This document shows, one piece after another, positions 1-52,630 of a stretch of DNA of 64,000 bases. Position numbers and translations under genes: made by a program. The notes beneath the pieces were generated by a model. It was not told the DNA's origin, did no database searches, and saw only the letters and a program-made list of their open reading frames with translations. The stretch is from Podarcis melisellensis (lineage: Eukaryota), in the NCBI GenBank assembly GCA_964234715.1, contig OZ174284.1, one strand, 5' to 3'. Position 1 is the stretch's first letter, and every line of letters begins with the position of its first letter.

Positions 1-3000
1 TTGTTAGAAATTAAAATGAATTTCCATGAACACCTTAAAACTTAACTAATATGCTCTGTGTGATATTGTTATGCAATTGCTTTATGGTTGCTTTCTCTCT
101 AAAGTTGACACAAAGCAAAATGTTATCTGAGTAGAGGCGGCTAAAAATAGTGCACTATGTGATAGTCTACATGCAGTAAACTTTGATGTAGCCCAGTAAA
201 TAAACTTATCCATAAGCTAGTTCTGAAACAAAAGTTTTTTGAATGTATGTGCTGTTTACTAAACACAGCAGTGGTTTCTGGGCCTTCTTGTTCAAGGGTT
301 AGTCAGATAGTTGGCAGGCAGACACACACTTACTATTGGACCAATATAAATAATCAAATGAAGAGGGAGCATGTTTTCTGGAAAAGCTCATTAGCTCATG
401 GTTGAAGGGGGGCGTTCCTAGTGCTTGGTAGTAATGTGAAATCTGATTGTTCTGCGTAAAAGACAAAATACTTCAGTCACAACAGGATAGCATCAGAGTT
501 CCTGAATTGGACAGAGCATCATCTAATGTCAATAAAGGCCATTCACATCAAGGGAATCCAACACAAAGGCTTTTTTGCACAGCAGGGAATCAATATCACA
601 AGCTGGAAGTGGCAATTAAATGATGCAGCTTGCTGCATCTAGGAGCTAGAACTTATTTGTTTCAGCAGATAATACTAAGCCTGCTCACTTTGTCTAGTAA
701 AAAAGACCCATATTAGCAAACGATCCACTTTTTTCAAAAACCAAGGTCTGTGCTGCTTTCAATTTTACTAGGATGAATGCTCAAATTGTTCTGCTAAGGT
801 CGTCGTAAATAATGTGATGTCTTTCACGACTTCGGTGGAACTTGCACAACAGGAAGGCCTAATTATTGCTAATCTGTCACTTTGGTCTAGTTTAGCTTTT
901 CTTAGAAAGGAAGTTGGGTTATAAGTTATTTCCAAAAATGGTTTCATGTATAAAACACATGTTTGACAATGACTTAATGATTTGTTAACTGTCAGATCTT
1001 TTTTAACTGTTGTAAGCTGCTCCAAAATATTCCTGTTTCTGGGATCACACAAGCAAATTTTAACCATCAGTTCAATTTCACTTTTGTGAGAACCAGTCTG
1101 GAACTGTATTATCTTTCTAACCTCATGAATAACTTTTACCCTGTACAGACTCTTCTACATGAAGCCCAAAGCTAAATTCAGTGTGCTGAGCAAGATTAGC
1201 TTGGACTACATTCTCCCTGACAGCTTCACCAGTCTCTCCCCCCACCCCACCCCACCCCAGTGTTCTATGTAACCTAAGCACATTCCTATTGCTTTGTACT
1301 TTTGTAGTGAAGAGATCACAAAGCAAGGAGAGAAAGTATGTTGCCCAGTAGATAATGGATGTGGATGAAAAGGCTACTTAGTGATGAGAGCACTTTTGTT
1401 CTCAAGACTGAGGTTTCACTTGATTCAAGAATGTATAGACACAGAATTACGCAACTGTGGCATTCATGTTTTTAGGCACACATGCAAAATATTTTCTTTG
1501 ACCTCTTGTCAGAACACTTGGCGAAGAATCTGAGTAAGTGGTGTAATGAAAACAGAATGTTGATGAGTCCTCTTCTATCTAGTTCACATACTTATGTATT
1601 CAAATGAGGCACATGTGCTGTAACCCACATTTTCGAAGCACTAAATTGCTTTGGACAAGGATTTTTAAAGGACCATCTTCCAGATAAAACTTCCTGTTTT
1701 CAGTGGTTATCGCTGGAAGCCCTGCTCAGAGTTCCATCACTGAGAGGCGTGTAGCTGGTGGGTGCACATCACAGGAAGGCATGGAGGCTGTTTCAAAAGC
1801 TGCTTTGCAGCATTAATCCAGGAAACTGGTATTGGGTTTAAATGAGAGGCATGGAAAGACTTGCAAAACCATTGTGGTGCATAATGACATCATATCATTG
1901 ATAGGTTGGTGCCCACCTATCAACTTTGGCACACAAAGCCAATCCTGATAAGAATCTGGTCCCCAGAGGCAAAAAAGTTTTCCTCTACCCTGCTTTAACT
2001 CCACCCAACTTTCCATTCTGTGCCCCTGTTGTCAATCAGTTTCCCACACACTCTTCTGTCACATGCTCCTTGGGTGCTTTCAGTTGCATTTGAAGCTAGG
2101 GCAGTGTATGTTGGGCAATTCAGTTGGTGGAACTGGTGAACTTATGATACTGTTGACCTAGTCTGAAGCATTAGATATGGATTTTTCTCATATGCACACA
2201 CATCAGTTTTGTTTGCATAACTCTTGTTATATACTTGTATATATACTTGGTTTTGCAAATCTAATAAGGTAGAACGGAACTTCAACTTTGCATTTGGCTA
2301 TTTTCAGCTCAGTAGGTATATGGGTCCTGATTTAGTAGGTAGTAATGAAGTTTTTTTCCCCCTAACCCCCTAATGCCACCCTCAGCTGTTCTGTTGTTGT
2401 TGTAGCTCCTCCTGCTGCTAGACTTCCTATGCTTGGCTGACTTGAGTGTAGCCTTTTGGTAATGAAAAGCCAAGATGTCTGCTGCCGTGATCGAAGCTAG
2501 GCATTAGACATGTTCCACGATAGGGAATGGTCTGTGTGTGAGCAATTTCTGAAGTCCTGTCATGATGTATGTGACTGAGACTTGAACTTAAAATTGCCTT
2601 CTGCCTCCCAAGTGAACTGTCACCGCTTGCGCCGCAGCATGGGTCAGCTGACTGGCGCTGAGGGTGCGGGAGTAGAAATGACTCCCCGCATGACTCTAGA
2701 GTAAAGTCACTGCTGCCTCCTCCATGGGCTGCATCTGCCCTTCCTGGCTTGCTGTTGCTGGGCTTCCTCCTCCCCTCTGTCTGCTGCAGTGAGAAAGAGT
2801 GAGCAAGCAATTGAGGGCGGGCAGGACTTTGGGGAAACTTCTCCCTCAGTATCTACTGAAAAAGGACCTGAATGCTTTCTCTCTCTGCTGGCTTCACAAT
2901 TTCTCCACATTGTGATTTTTGCATAGCACAAATACACATCATTGATTCGCAATATATTGCCAGGTCAAAAATTATGAAACCAATATCATGATATGGACTT

Positions 3001-3903
3001 CAAATTGGTTTTGGACAATATATTGACAATATATAGCCCCTTCTTTTCTCGCCTCCCCAACTCCTGTAGGATCCTTCCCATTAGCTTTCGAATTTAGGCC
3101 ACTACACCTCCCCTCCCCCACCCTACCCCTATTATTGTGGTGGCCTATCCCCCCCGCCCTTTTTTTGGACTTTTCTGCACCCTAAACCTGGCCAGCTGCT
3201 TTAGTGGAGGAAGCCATGTGAAGCATGCCGAATTCTTTGCCATTTCACTCAAACATTCTGAAGAATGGCTAGCTCCTATATGTTAATTGCCTGTACATTA
3301 ACATCACCTTTAGAGGCCTGTCACTGTGTCCTTGACTTTGGTGTTTTGTCTGGTGGCAACTGGGTGTACGACTTTTTGGGGGGAGGTCAGGGTATCCCAT
3401 CTTTAGAATTCCCCCCTCAGAAAGATCTGTCTGGCACCATTCCTCTTAACATCTCTTAGCACTGGGTTAAAATGTTTTTCTTTACAGATGCTATGTTGCT
3501 GCTCTTTTTATGGTGCTGCTTTTATTGATACTTACTTTTTCCTGGGGAAAATTTCCCAGGTAAAATCAGTATTTGTAACATTTTATTTTAATAGTAAGAC
3601 ATGATCCCAGACATGTAAGGTTACACCAAAAGGGTATCTCAACTGACACTGACTTTATAGTTGTCTCAGGACACTGTGCTAGATATATTACCTGCAGTGG
3701 ATAAGTGACTACGATATTTGCTAAACTTCTTCCAACATACTTTTCAAACAAGCTATCTGTACTTTTTGTTTGTTTGAACACTCTGTATTCTGTACTAATA
3801 GAAGATAAAAATGATAAGCCAAACTTGTGCCATATGCAGCTCAGTGTAACAGATTCTTTTTTTTTTCTTGTAGGTATTAAGGCGGTGACTCAACACTAGC
3901 ACC

Positions 3904-12989
<9,086 letters not shown>

Positions 12990-14236
12990 TATATGTGTGT
13001 ACTGTAGCACTGAGCCAGGTAAGTGTAAGCAAAGTCTTGCCACACTGAAAGCCGCAACAAGTAGTGCTGTATTTTTAAATGATTGATTTATTTGCATTCG
13101 CCGTGCTGAGATGCTTTTGATCATTTCAATCTGGTTTTAAATTATAACACTATATCTGCATCCATGTTCACTTGAATATGCTTGAAGGATTGCCAGCTCT
13201 TTATAGGATGGGTCAAAAATTCAAAGTTAATGGCTTGGGATTCAGATATAGCCTTGAGGAAATAAAAGGTACTTCTGCCAATGTTGTGGGGGATCTGACT
13301 TTTTTTGCCAGTTGCTTCTTGCTGCAACCTCCTGTGACACTTCTCTCAGACCTCAGGAACAGCTTTTCAGGGGCTGCAGTAGGAAAGAGGTGGAAAAATC
13401 CTGTTCTGGGAGCAGAATTTCACTTGGGGGTAGTTGGAATTGAACCCTCTCTTGAAATGGGAAACAAATTTTAATGCAACTGAAACATTTAATGTATGAA
13501 ACATCTTTTTTCAATACAGTGATTCTCTTCCATTGCTTAAATACCATCTGAGTATTAATCTCTGTTTCTCTTTATGTTCCAGGTCTGAAGAACTGTTGCT
13601 GACTACAACAGTGCCAGCATTCCAACTTTATTAAACCTACCAACATCTTAAAATGGACTTTCCTGTGGTGGTACCCTTTGCGAAATGGATGACAGCTACT
13701 ACATCAGTTTGCACATTCTAATCACTTTCCAGTGTCACGAGAGATTTTTACTTATAAATAATCTAAATGTATGCAACTGGTAAAACCAGAGCCTACATCC
13801 AGTATTACTGATAAGAGACATTGTTCATCCACCAATGTTGTACATGTATGAAAACTGTACTGTATACTGCAACAAACCCCATACTTCCTATTGGAGAGTA
13901 CAATAATGTAAATCCGAAAAGCACCACTATTTTAGCGTAATAAAAGAAAGTCCAAAGAGCTCCTATATAGACTACTCCAGATAACTTTGCTTCATCGGTA
14001 TTTGTAGCTTATTGTAACTTTTTTAAAAGAAAAATACAGGATCACCATTGTATTGTACAAAAGCGCTTTGATTAACTCAACAGCTATATAGTTTTTTAAT
14101 TTTAGGATAAAAAACCTGTGGAGACAGTGATCTAGTCTTTAAAATGAGTCCTTTCAGTATAATGTCTGTCTAAAGACATTGCCTTTAATATCTGTTGGGA
14201 AGGAAATGTCCAGATTTTTCAACCTTTTATTGTATG

Positions 14237-14457
14237 NNNNNNNNNNNNNNNNNNNNNNNNNNNNNNNNNNNNNNNNNNNNNNNNNNNNNNNNNNNNNNNN
14301 NNNNNNNNNNNNNNNNNNNNNNNNNNNNNNNNNNNNNNNNNNNNNNNNNNNNNNNNNNNNNNNNNNNNNNNNNNNNNNNNNNNNNNNNNNNNNNNNNNNN
14401 NNNNNNNNNNNNNNNNNNNNNNNNNNNNNNNNNNNNNNNNNNNNNNNNNNNNNNNNN
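14237..14457. other. Assembly gap (221 N) inside the RAP1B 3'UTR
   Basis: Run of N. Confidence 1.
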
Positions 14458-14792
14458 TGTTAGTGATTGTTTTACATGTGTAACGTTTTGGTTGAGATGT
14501 TAAATGGTGGACGAGTACTGTGGATGTGAATGTGGGAAGTAATTTTAATCATGTGTAATTGGTCCCAGGGCCTAAGTTGCAGTAATTACCTTTTTGCAGA
14601 TTTATTTAACAATGCCTTGTTGCTTTGTATGCATTAACGTTTGGGTGTAAAGATTGCGTGTAAAATCCAACAGGGAGCCACAGTATTTAAATTGACCAAC
14701 CTAATGTTACAACTGCTTTGAGGTGGCCAAATGTAAACTAAAAGCCTTAATTAAAAGTGGTGCAATTTTGTATGACTTAGCATCAGTAGTTC

Positions 14793-14798
14793 AATAAA
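14793..14798 (+). terminator. RAP1B main poly(A) signal (AATAAA)
   Basis: AATAAA followed by GT/T-rich sequence; matches the recalled end of the mammalian mRNA. Proximal alternative at 13939-13944; possible distal site at 17564-17569. Confidence 0.8.
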
Positions 14799-17700
14799 TT
14801 TGGATTGCCATGCAAGGGCTTGCATTACAACTACCTGTAATTGAATGTTTTGTGTAATGTTTCAGTGAGATCAGTAATGTGTTAAAATGTGTGTTTGGCA
14901 ATTAGAATTTGAAACCCCAAGGAATCATTGCTTGTCCATCCTATACAAGTCAGACTACTTACACATTCTCCTAAATAATCATGGATGTGCTCTGACCACT
15001 AATGTTGCCATAATTTACTGGTTTCAGTGGAAACATTCCAGAGTTAGGTCAGCCTCCGTTGCTGAGTATCTTTGCTAAGAAATGTGATAGAAGGAAAAAG
15101 AGAGTGAGATTATTTTTACCAACCTTCTTTGTCCCAAGAGGGTACTGGTATATGCTAAACCTAGAACTATGTTAAGTTTACAAATACTTTGAGGCCTGAA
15201 AGACATCAGATGCGCAAATGGAGTAGTCCTACAAGCTGCTTCTTTCAAGATAATTCAAAACTATTATTGGCTATGCATAAAGAATCCTATGTAGTCTGCT
15301 TGTTCTCAAGTAAAAAATACCAGGTTAATTGAGCCACAAACTCATGGAAGCGTGGGGTATCTGAAATGTACAGGCAAGGTTCCCCATATGCTTGCTGTAG
15401 TTCGCAAAAATATGGACAGTGCAAGTTGACCAACCATGAGTTGGGTATTTGTTTTATCTTGGCTACTGAAGTCCAGTCACAAGAACCTGAAGTTACTGGG
15501 GCAGGAACTGTATTTCAGAATGCTGAATCACAGTACAGGATTGGGATTTTTTCTAATCCTAGCTAAAGAAACCAGCTGCATGCAGGTGACTTGGCAAAAG
15601 GTTCAGCTTTTTATAAAGCCTTTCATTTTTTGATAAACTGTGAAGCAGATAGCACAGGCACTAGTTGATTCTATGGCCTGGGTTACTGCTTGGTTGGTAG
15701 TTTCTTGCAACCTTGTCTGCCTTTGAGAACTGAATCTTAACTATACAGAAAAATGCTCATTAACATCCTTTGGTTGGAAAGAAGTCTGTTTCACTGGTAA
15801 GTTCTGGCACTCTGTTCGTGGGTGAGTATAACTTGTGTGTGCTGCTGTACTTATTGGTAGTCTGGACAGGCAGGACTACTATACAAAGCAGCCTTGTACA
15901 TAGCCCTGTGTGGGAGAAATCTCTTGCCAGTTCTAGTCCTCCCATGCTCCAAATAGGGCTTTTGCAGAGCTCTGCCAATTTTGAAGCAGCTGGGCTTTTT
16001 TCTCACCATCACTGGATTTTAGGTAGAAAAGGAGCCAGCAGAGAAACGTAGCTGGTTAACTGCATTCATATGAGAAAGGATGACTACACCAAAATGCATT
16101 AGTCTTGGTTCTGCAGCTACAGCATTTCCTAAGAGATTGTGCATGACTTTTCTGTACAGTATAAAATATAGTGCCAAACAATCGTACATACTATGCTTTT
16201 TGTCACAGCTTTTGGATAGGATTGTTTTATTCATATCTCATTCTTTATTTCCTCACAGCTGTTCATTTGCAGAACACTACAGGCTGTAACATTAAGCAAC
16301 CCTAAACGTGTATGTGCATGTACCTTAAAGTTGCAGGAAAGACTCAACAGCCTTCCTGCAGCTTAAGATACAGTATGTATTCCTGGCCCAAAAAAGTTCC
16401 TCCTGGGTTTTCAAATGTGAGTCTTTAGTGGGAACCAAACTCATAACTCACCATGGTGGTGGTGTTTTTTTAAAAAAGAATAAACACCAAACTGCCTGTG
16501 TCTTTTTAAATAACTGGTTGTGTTTTGATAATTGCAGTTAATCGTAACCCTCCCCTCAAATTCATTGCTCACTTTTTTAAAAGGCTAGTATTTCCAGGTT
16601 AATACATACTGTGTAACATCCCTTTTCAAACTCAGTACAGTTCTGTATTTCTTCTGCTTATCCTAGTTCACAGGATTAGGTTTTTGGCAAGGTATTACTA
16701 GCTACTTGTCTTTCATGATAGTGTACTTTCTGTCTCCCTTGGCACAGCAAATCTGAAGCAAACATCTCCAAGAAGAATGCAGTGGGAGAAACTTGTTCTC
16801 AAAAGTGCCTAAGAGGTTTTATTACAGCTCAAGGCATTTCAGAATTCATGTTCCTTCAGGAGCAATCTTAAACTTTCACAATACAAATACTTCCTATCTG
16901 TCACCATGGGTCTTCCTCATAGTGCCAGATAGGTAGCAATATTTGTGCAAGCTGCTTCAGCTGCCTAATGTTCACATTCTGTAGAATATTGCTTCTTGAG
17001 TAAAAGCTGACTTCCAAAACTAGTAAGTTCATGCTTTGTGGGGAAGAGTTTCTCCTTTTATATTATTACTGGCTTCTGTGCCTAGTTTGTTTCTAACTTA
17101 TCCACGCTCAGTGGATCTGCAGTTCAACATCTGTGTTAGGATTATCACTGTCAGGATATCTTAAAGGACATTTGTACTGATGCGGAGTGGGGAGCTCGCA
17201 TTGGCAGAAGCAACCCTGTCTCTGGTGGCGTCTCCTTGTCAAGGCAGAAGCTTTCAATGTGAAGCCACCGCTATCTCCTAGCATTTCCACTTGCCGGGTT
17301 GTCTTTTCTGTCTGGGTTGTGTGTGTTGGATTTGTATTGAAAGAACAGTTCCATGGCTTCATGTATGAATGACCAGCCCTACTGCTACACTAGCAACTGT
17401 TAACATGCATTTTAGTGTAAACCCATTAGCTAGCCTGCCCTACTCTCTCTGTGACATGTCTTCCCAGTTCTTGCTCTGTAAGAGAACTGTTTAATCTCTT
17501 GCCAATTTAATTGTAATGGGTGGATATTTGGGATGCTTTACCTGTAAACCTAATTTCAATGCTAATAAAGGAAATTGATTTTTCTTTGACACCGTGTTTT
17601 TGTTCAGAATAGAGAGGGGAGCTTAGCAAAGGTTAGCAGGTCTAAACCAAATGTACTAGAAGACAGGACTCCTTCCATGCTTTTAGTAGCTACACAGAAA

Positions 17701-17863
17701 GGAGAATACAATTGTAGGGGCCTTTCTTCTAGGCCCTTCAACATAGAAGCTACCAGTGAAATATTCAGTTATGCACCCATACAAAGGTAGCTTACCAGGC
17801 CTTTCAATGACAGTAATGAAGTAGCTTGAGCTATACTTGGAAGCCGTTTCCTCCTAACTAGAC

Positions 17864-17998
17864 CAATGTTTCCCAAACTTTGGTCTCCGTTTTTTTTGGA
17901 CTACAATTCCCATCATCCCTGACCAGTGGTCCTGCTAGCAAGGGATGATGGGAGTTGTAGTCCAAAAACAGCTGGACACCCAAGTTTGGGAAACCCTG
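17864..17998. mobile_element. Palindromic hAT-type MITE
   Basis: Whole element is an inverted repeat (ACTACAATTCCCATCATCCCT / AGGGATGATGGGAGTTGTAGT); 8-bp TSD-like flanks aaCTAGAC / ctCTAGAC. Confidence 0.88.
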
Positions 17999-18655
17999 CT
18001 CTAGACTCATAAGAGCTATGGATGCTATTATAAAACCAATAAAATCCTCAAGACACCCATTTCCTTTTCTGCCTGAGAGCCCAGCCGCTGATGTTCAAAG
18101 CCTGTCACTTCCGTGGTAAAATGTAATGAAAGGATCCGTTCTGCATCCTCGTCCTTTTAATATATCCGAAATTATAATGCCCAGTTCCGAGGTTTTTGCC
18201 GAGTTCTGCAGTCCCAAACCTAACACGGGCATCCGCTCAGCGCCTGCCGTCGGGAAATGGGTTTATATCGGAATGGTCCTCCCAAACGACAGGCGGCGCC
18301 CTTCCTACCCAGGAGCCTGTCTGTGTCGACCGTTACAGGAAGCCGTTGAAGCCGGCATGGTGAGTACAGTAATAAATTTTGAAGAGTCCTTGTCTCTCTG
18401 TACGAAGAGCTCCAAGCGACGGCCCCCGCAGGCCAGGCTTCCATTGCCCTTTGGCTTCTCTGCCTTGAAACATGTAGGCCCGTGTGAGCCTCAGGCGGCT
18501 TCTCGTCTCAAGACAGGCGTTGCCACAAATCCCGCCCCCTCCGCTTTCATTGCCTTGACTCTTCCACTTCCTGCTCCGGGTCACGAGCTTCCGGGGAGCG
18601 GGAAGCCTCAAGAAGCGGCAACCGGCGCCGGGCCCGCCTGCCGCGCGCCTCCGAG

Positions 18656-41884
<23,229 letters not shown>

Positions 41885-42111
41885 TTCCACCATTCTAGGT
41901 TATAAAAAAGTTGAATGGTGGCACAAGTAAATGTAAGGTTGGGCCCAAAGGTTCTCATACTCCAGGTGAAAGGGGAAGGAAACCTTTGATTCAACGCACA
42001 AAGTTTGGCATAGAATTTTTGTTTTAAAGATGTTGCAGTGCATTGACACTAGCAAAGTGACTTTCTATGTATGTAAAATGACAAACCGTTTTGACATTTG
42101 TATTTTTTTCC

Positions 42112-42117
42112 AATAAA
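42112..42117 (+). terminator. NUP107 poly(A) signal
   Basis: First AATAAA after the stop, about 230 nt downstream. Confidence 0.75.
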
Positions 42118-43054
42118 ATTTGAAATGACTGGTTTACTAGGAAATAAGTATCTTTAGCACATAAATGTGCAAAATGCACTATAAATAGATGCCTCTTGTT
42201 TGCTAGATCACATGGTTAAACCCCCACAGTTGTTCATGAGTACAGCTTACTGTCTTCCAGGTAAAAATCCTGTTGCCTGTGCACCTTTTCTCAGAACAGA
42301 AGCCCTTTCTCCATATTCAGCCTGACAACCAAAGGCTTTGTGTGACTTTCAAGTGAGAGTGAAGCATTCCAGATATATACATGTATTTATATAAAACACT
42401 GCTGCTTAAAACAATGGAGGCTTAGGATACAAGCATCACTGGGATTCCAGCCTTAGTGTCGGGCTACTTACTTGACAGAATTTCTGATTATCAAGAAAAA
42501 GTACCCATAATCCATTGCAAGGACAGATTGAAAATTTAGGGTGCAACCCTAGCTCACACCACTTCTCAGTGGGGTTTACTGGAGTTTGGAGCACCACACT
42601 GGCAGTTCTGCCGAGCATGCTAGCTGGGAAAGAAGGTGAGGAGGCAGGCACACCAGCTTAGAGCTGGCATAGCACTTTGGTCCAGTGCTGTCAAGATCCT
42701 GAAGTGGCTCAGTCCTTAGGCCCTGCCCCTGGAGTGCCTTGTGGGGATGTGGTGTGGTGGTCTATTTGCTGTTGGTGGGGAAGGGACAGGGCTGTGAAAT
42801 GAGTGGTTCCTACAATTTCCATAATTAGTGAGAAATAGATTAAACTGGCCATCCTGTTTGCTTAACAAAAGGGCGAAAGGCTTTTGATAGTAAACCATTA
42901 TTTGAACCTGACCATCTCTCCACAATCTCATTGAGTTGAGTATCCTGTACTTGACAACTAAATTTGCATGTGTTAATCCTTAAGTCAGATGTGTGTGAAC
43001 TCAGGATATTCCTGAATGCCTTTCAGTGGGGAGCTGGACTCAGGCTTGTTCCAC

Positions 43055-43136
43055 GGTCACCAAAACTCATCATGGAAGGTCTCATGTCATATTAGGGTCA
43101 CCAAAACTCATCATGGAAGGTCTCATGTCATATTAG
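43055..43136. repeat. Perfect 41-bp tandem duplication
   Basis: GGTCACCAAAACTCATCATGGAAGGTCTCATGTCATATTAG x2 (43055-43095, 43096-43136). Confidence 0.98.
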
Positions 43137-43211
43137 AATTATGTCAACCTTATGCCATGATCTACAGAGATAAACCATATAAATTCAGATTAACACACCT
43201 CACACTGTTAA

Positions 43212-43354
43212 TTCATAGACTCATAGAACTGTAAGTTGGAAGGGACCCTAAGAGTCATCTAGTCTAACCTACAATGCAGGAATTTTTTTGCCCAGTGTGG
43301 GGCTCAAACCCATGACCCTGACATTAGGAATCGCATGCTCTACCAACTGAGCAA
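43212..43354 (-). mobile_element. tRNA(Lys)-derived SINE with CR1-type tail
   Basis: Reverse complement of the 24473 family. Confidence 0.8.
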
Positions 43355-44079
43355 CTACAAGCAAACGTAATTCCATTTGATAATGGAAACAACGTGGACT
43401 CTGCTAGAATACCGTTATGTATGTTTATATCTCACATTTTGCTCCAGGCAGGGATAAGGATACGACAAAATCTATTGTAGACAAAAAAAATATATTGTTT
43501 TTCTAGTTCACAAATGCTGTTCTTGCCTACAAGTCTCATTATAAACACAAAATGACTGGTAGGTGCCAGCGAGTGTGTATATTTATGCAGACTTGTATTG
43601 TTGTAAGCCAAAAGGATCTTATGTATGAGGCAGTCTTAGCTCAGCTCACCCTCAAATTTTGGTATTTCTTCAGTAATCCCTCTAATAATGACCTTGAGTA
43701 GTTGAGAGCCTATCAGTTTGGAAACAAAGAACCAGACCTATTTACATATGGGGTGTGTCTATATATGTGTGTAAAATATATATATTAAAAAACAACAGCC
43801 TGATATGGACCTGTGCCCTTCCAAATCGTTCCTGGCAATTCAGCCCATAGAAATGCCTCCAGTATTTTGTCTCTTACCCCATTGCCTGGAGCTAGAAGAT
43901 TCTGCAATGCCTGAAGCAACCTCTCAGCTTGAGACCTTCCAGATTCTTTTGGACATCCAACTCCTAATGGTCAGGACGGATGGGAGTTTGGGGGCGGGGG
44001 GGGGGGGAATCTGGAAGGCCGCTATAAAATAACAAATACACCTTAAAGAGTTTCAGCCATGGACCACCTTTGCTGGCTA

Positions 44080-51192
<7,113 letters not shown>

Positions 51193-52576
51193 AACAAGTA
51201 CTGATATGGATGGTGAATGAGTCCTTTAAATATGCACTAGTTTTGAAACAGGCAAAATAAGGAAATAGATGCGCCCAGTTGCTGTTAAGGAAGTGCATTT
51301 CTGTTATTTTTATATAAAGGATCAGTTTTTAAAAAACCAAGCACTACAAAAACTCAACTTCTACAATCTTGGCCTATGGTGTTTTTTTCTATTCTACTAA
51401 GTGATTTCTATATTTAAAATATGGTTCATAATTACAGTGGCAATTTTAAGAGAACTCAACTATTTCATACCAAATGGACTCATCAAGTTAGATGTGACAT
51501 TAATTGCCAAAGGAATTCATTCTGCCCTTTTGATTATGTCAGTATTACCATTTCTAGAAAGGAGGCTGTCCGCTGATAATGTGAAGTCAAATGAACATTG
51601 TATCTTCTTGATCTGGTAAAGAATGGAAAATCAAATTTTGTTTTTGTTTGTTTTTTCTTGTATTTTTTTTTAATGAAATATTGTATAACATAATCATGCA
51701 TAGATTTATTTTTAACAATCCAATAGAAAGCATTTGTTTCTGAGAATTAGATTTTCTTCATTTACAGTTAAGCAAAATTACGGTATTCTAGTATTATTAA
51801 GACACCTAAAACAGTTTGATCCTTTGCAGCATGATCAGATTTTTAAACTCTTTAAAAATATAACTGGCTGCAGGGCTGGCTCCTGTAATCTGAAATGCTT
51901 TTCTTCATGCCCACCTTTCAGGGTCCTAGAATTTTTCATAGAAAAGGGTGGATTCCTTAGTCAACCACCTTGGGCCAGTATGGGTGTAGTATTTCCTGTT
52001 CCTGAACTGAGTTTTTGTAATGCCCCCTATCCATCCCCAAGCTTTAAGCATGATTAAGAATTGCATCTATACCAGGGTCAACCATGGCTAATGCCAAGAA
52101 GCATTTGGTAAATAACCATGATTTTTAATCAGTTTCAGTTCTTGGGTTTCAACTGCTGGTTAAGATTAACCCAGGGTAAAGTTAACAATGTTGACAATTA
52201 AGCAGTAGGAGGATTTGCTTTAGGGGGCGGGGGGAACTACTAGGGTGGCAATTAAGATCCTCAGGTCCCTTAACATAATTAAGGGATTCAGTCTGCTCCA
52301 GCCTCTTATAATGGAACTACACAGGGTTGAACAGGAAGATGGGAATGCTTCCAGACAATTGCAGATTATGTCTTAACTGACAAATCAAGATTTCTGCAAA
52401 AATTTTAAGTCAGGTGGTAAAGCCTTTCAGGAGGGGAAAAAACTATGGAAAAGACTGAAACTGTAAGCCTGAGATGTAAAACTAGAAGGTTGTGATTTCA
52501 AAAAGAAATTTGCTTTGAAAGGGTATATAGTTTTTGCCTCATAAGCTACAAAGTTCATTTGATAAATACATTAAAA

Positions 52577-52630
52577 GTTTGTTTGTTTGTTTGTTTGTTT
52601 GTTTGTATGTATGTATGTATGTATGTATGT
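52577..52630. repeat. Compound (GTTT)n(GTAT)n microsatellite
   Basis: Directly visible; preceded by ATTAAA at 52570, a possible SLC35E3 poly(A) signal (AATAAA also at 53539). Confidence 0.95.

Larger units (their letters stand above)
13583..14830 (+). other. RAP1B: RAP1B terminal non-coding exon (3'UTR), joined through a 3'UTR intron 13019-13582
   Basis: Donor CAG|GTAAGT 29 nt after the stop; polypyrimidine/CAG acceptor ending 13582; sequence closely resembles the mammalian RAP1B 3'UTR as I recall it; AATAAA at 13939 and 14793. Confidence 0.9.

Noticed and set aside
1238-1258. (CCCCA)n tract, potential G-quadruplex on the minus strand
   Set aside because: Common simple repeat with no contextual evidence of function.
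1-3873. Intronic snoRNA (a SNORA70 copy lies in human RAP1B intron 1)
   Set aside because: No SNORA70-like sequence or convincing H/ACA or C/D structure visible; only the end of intron 1 is in the window.
14179-14503. ORFs containing poly-X
   Set aside because: Artefact of the N gap.
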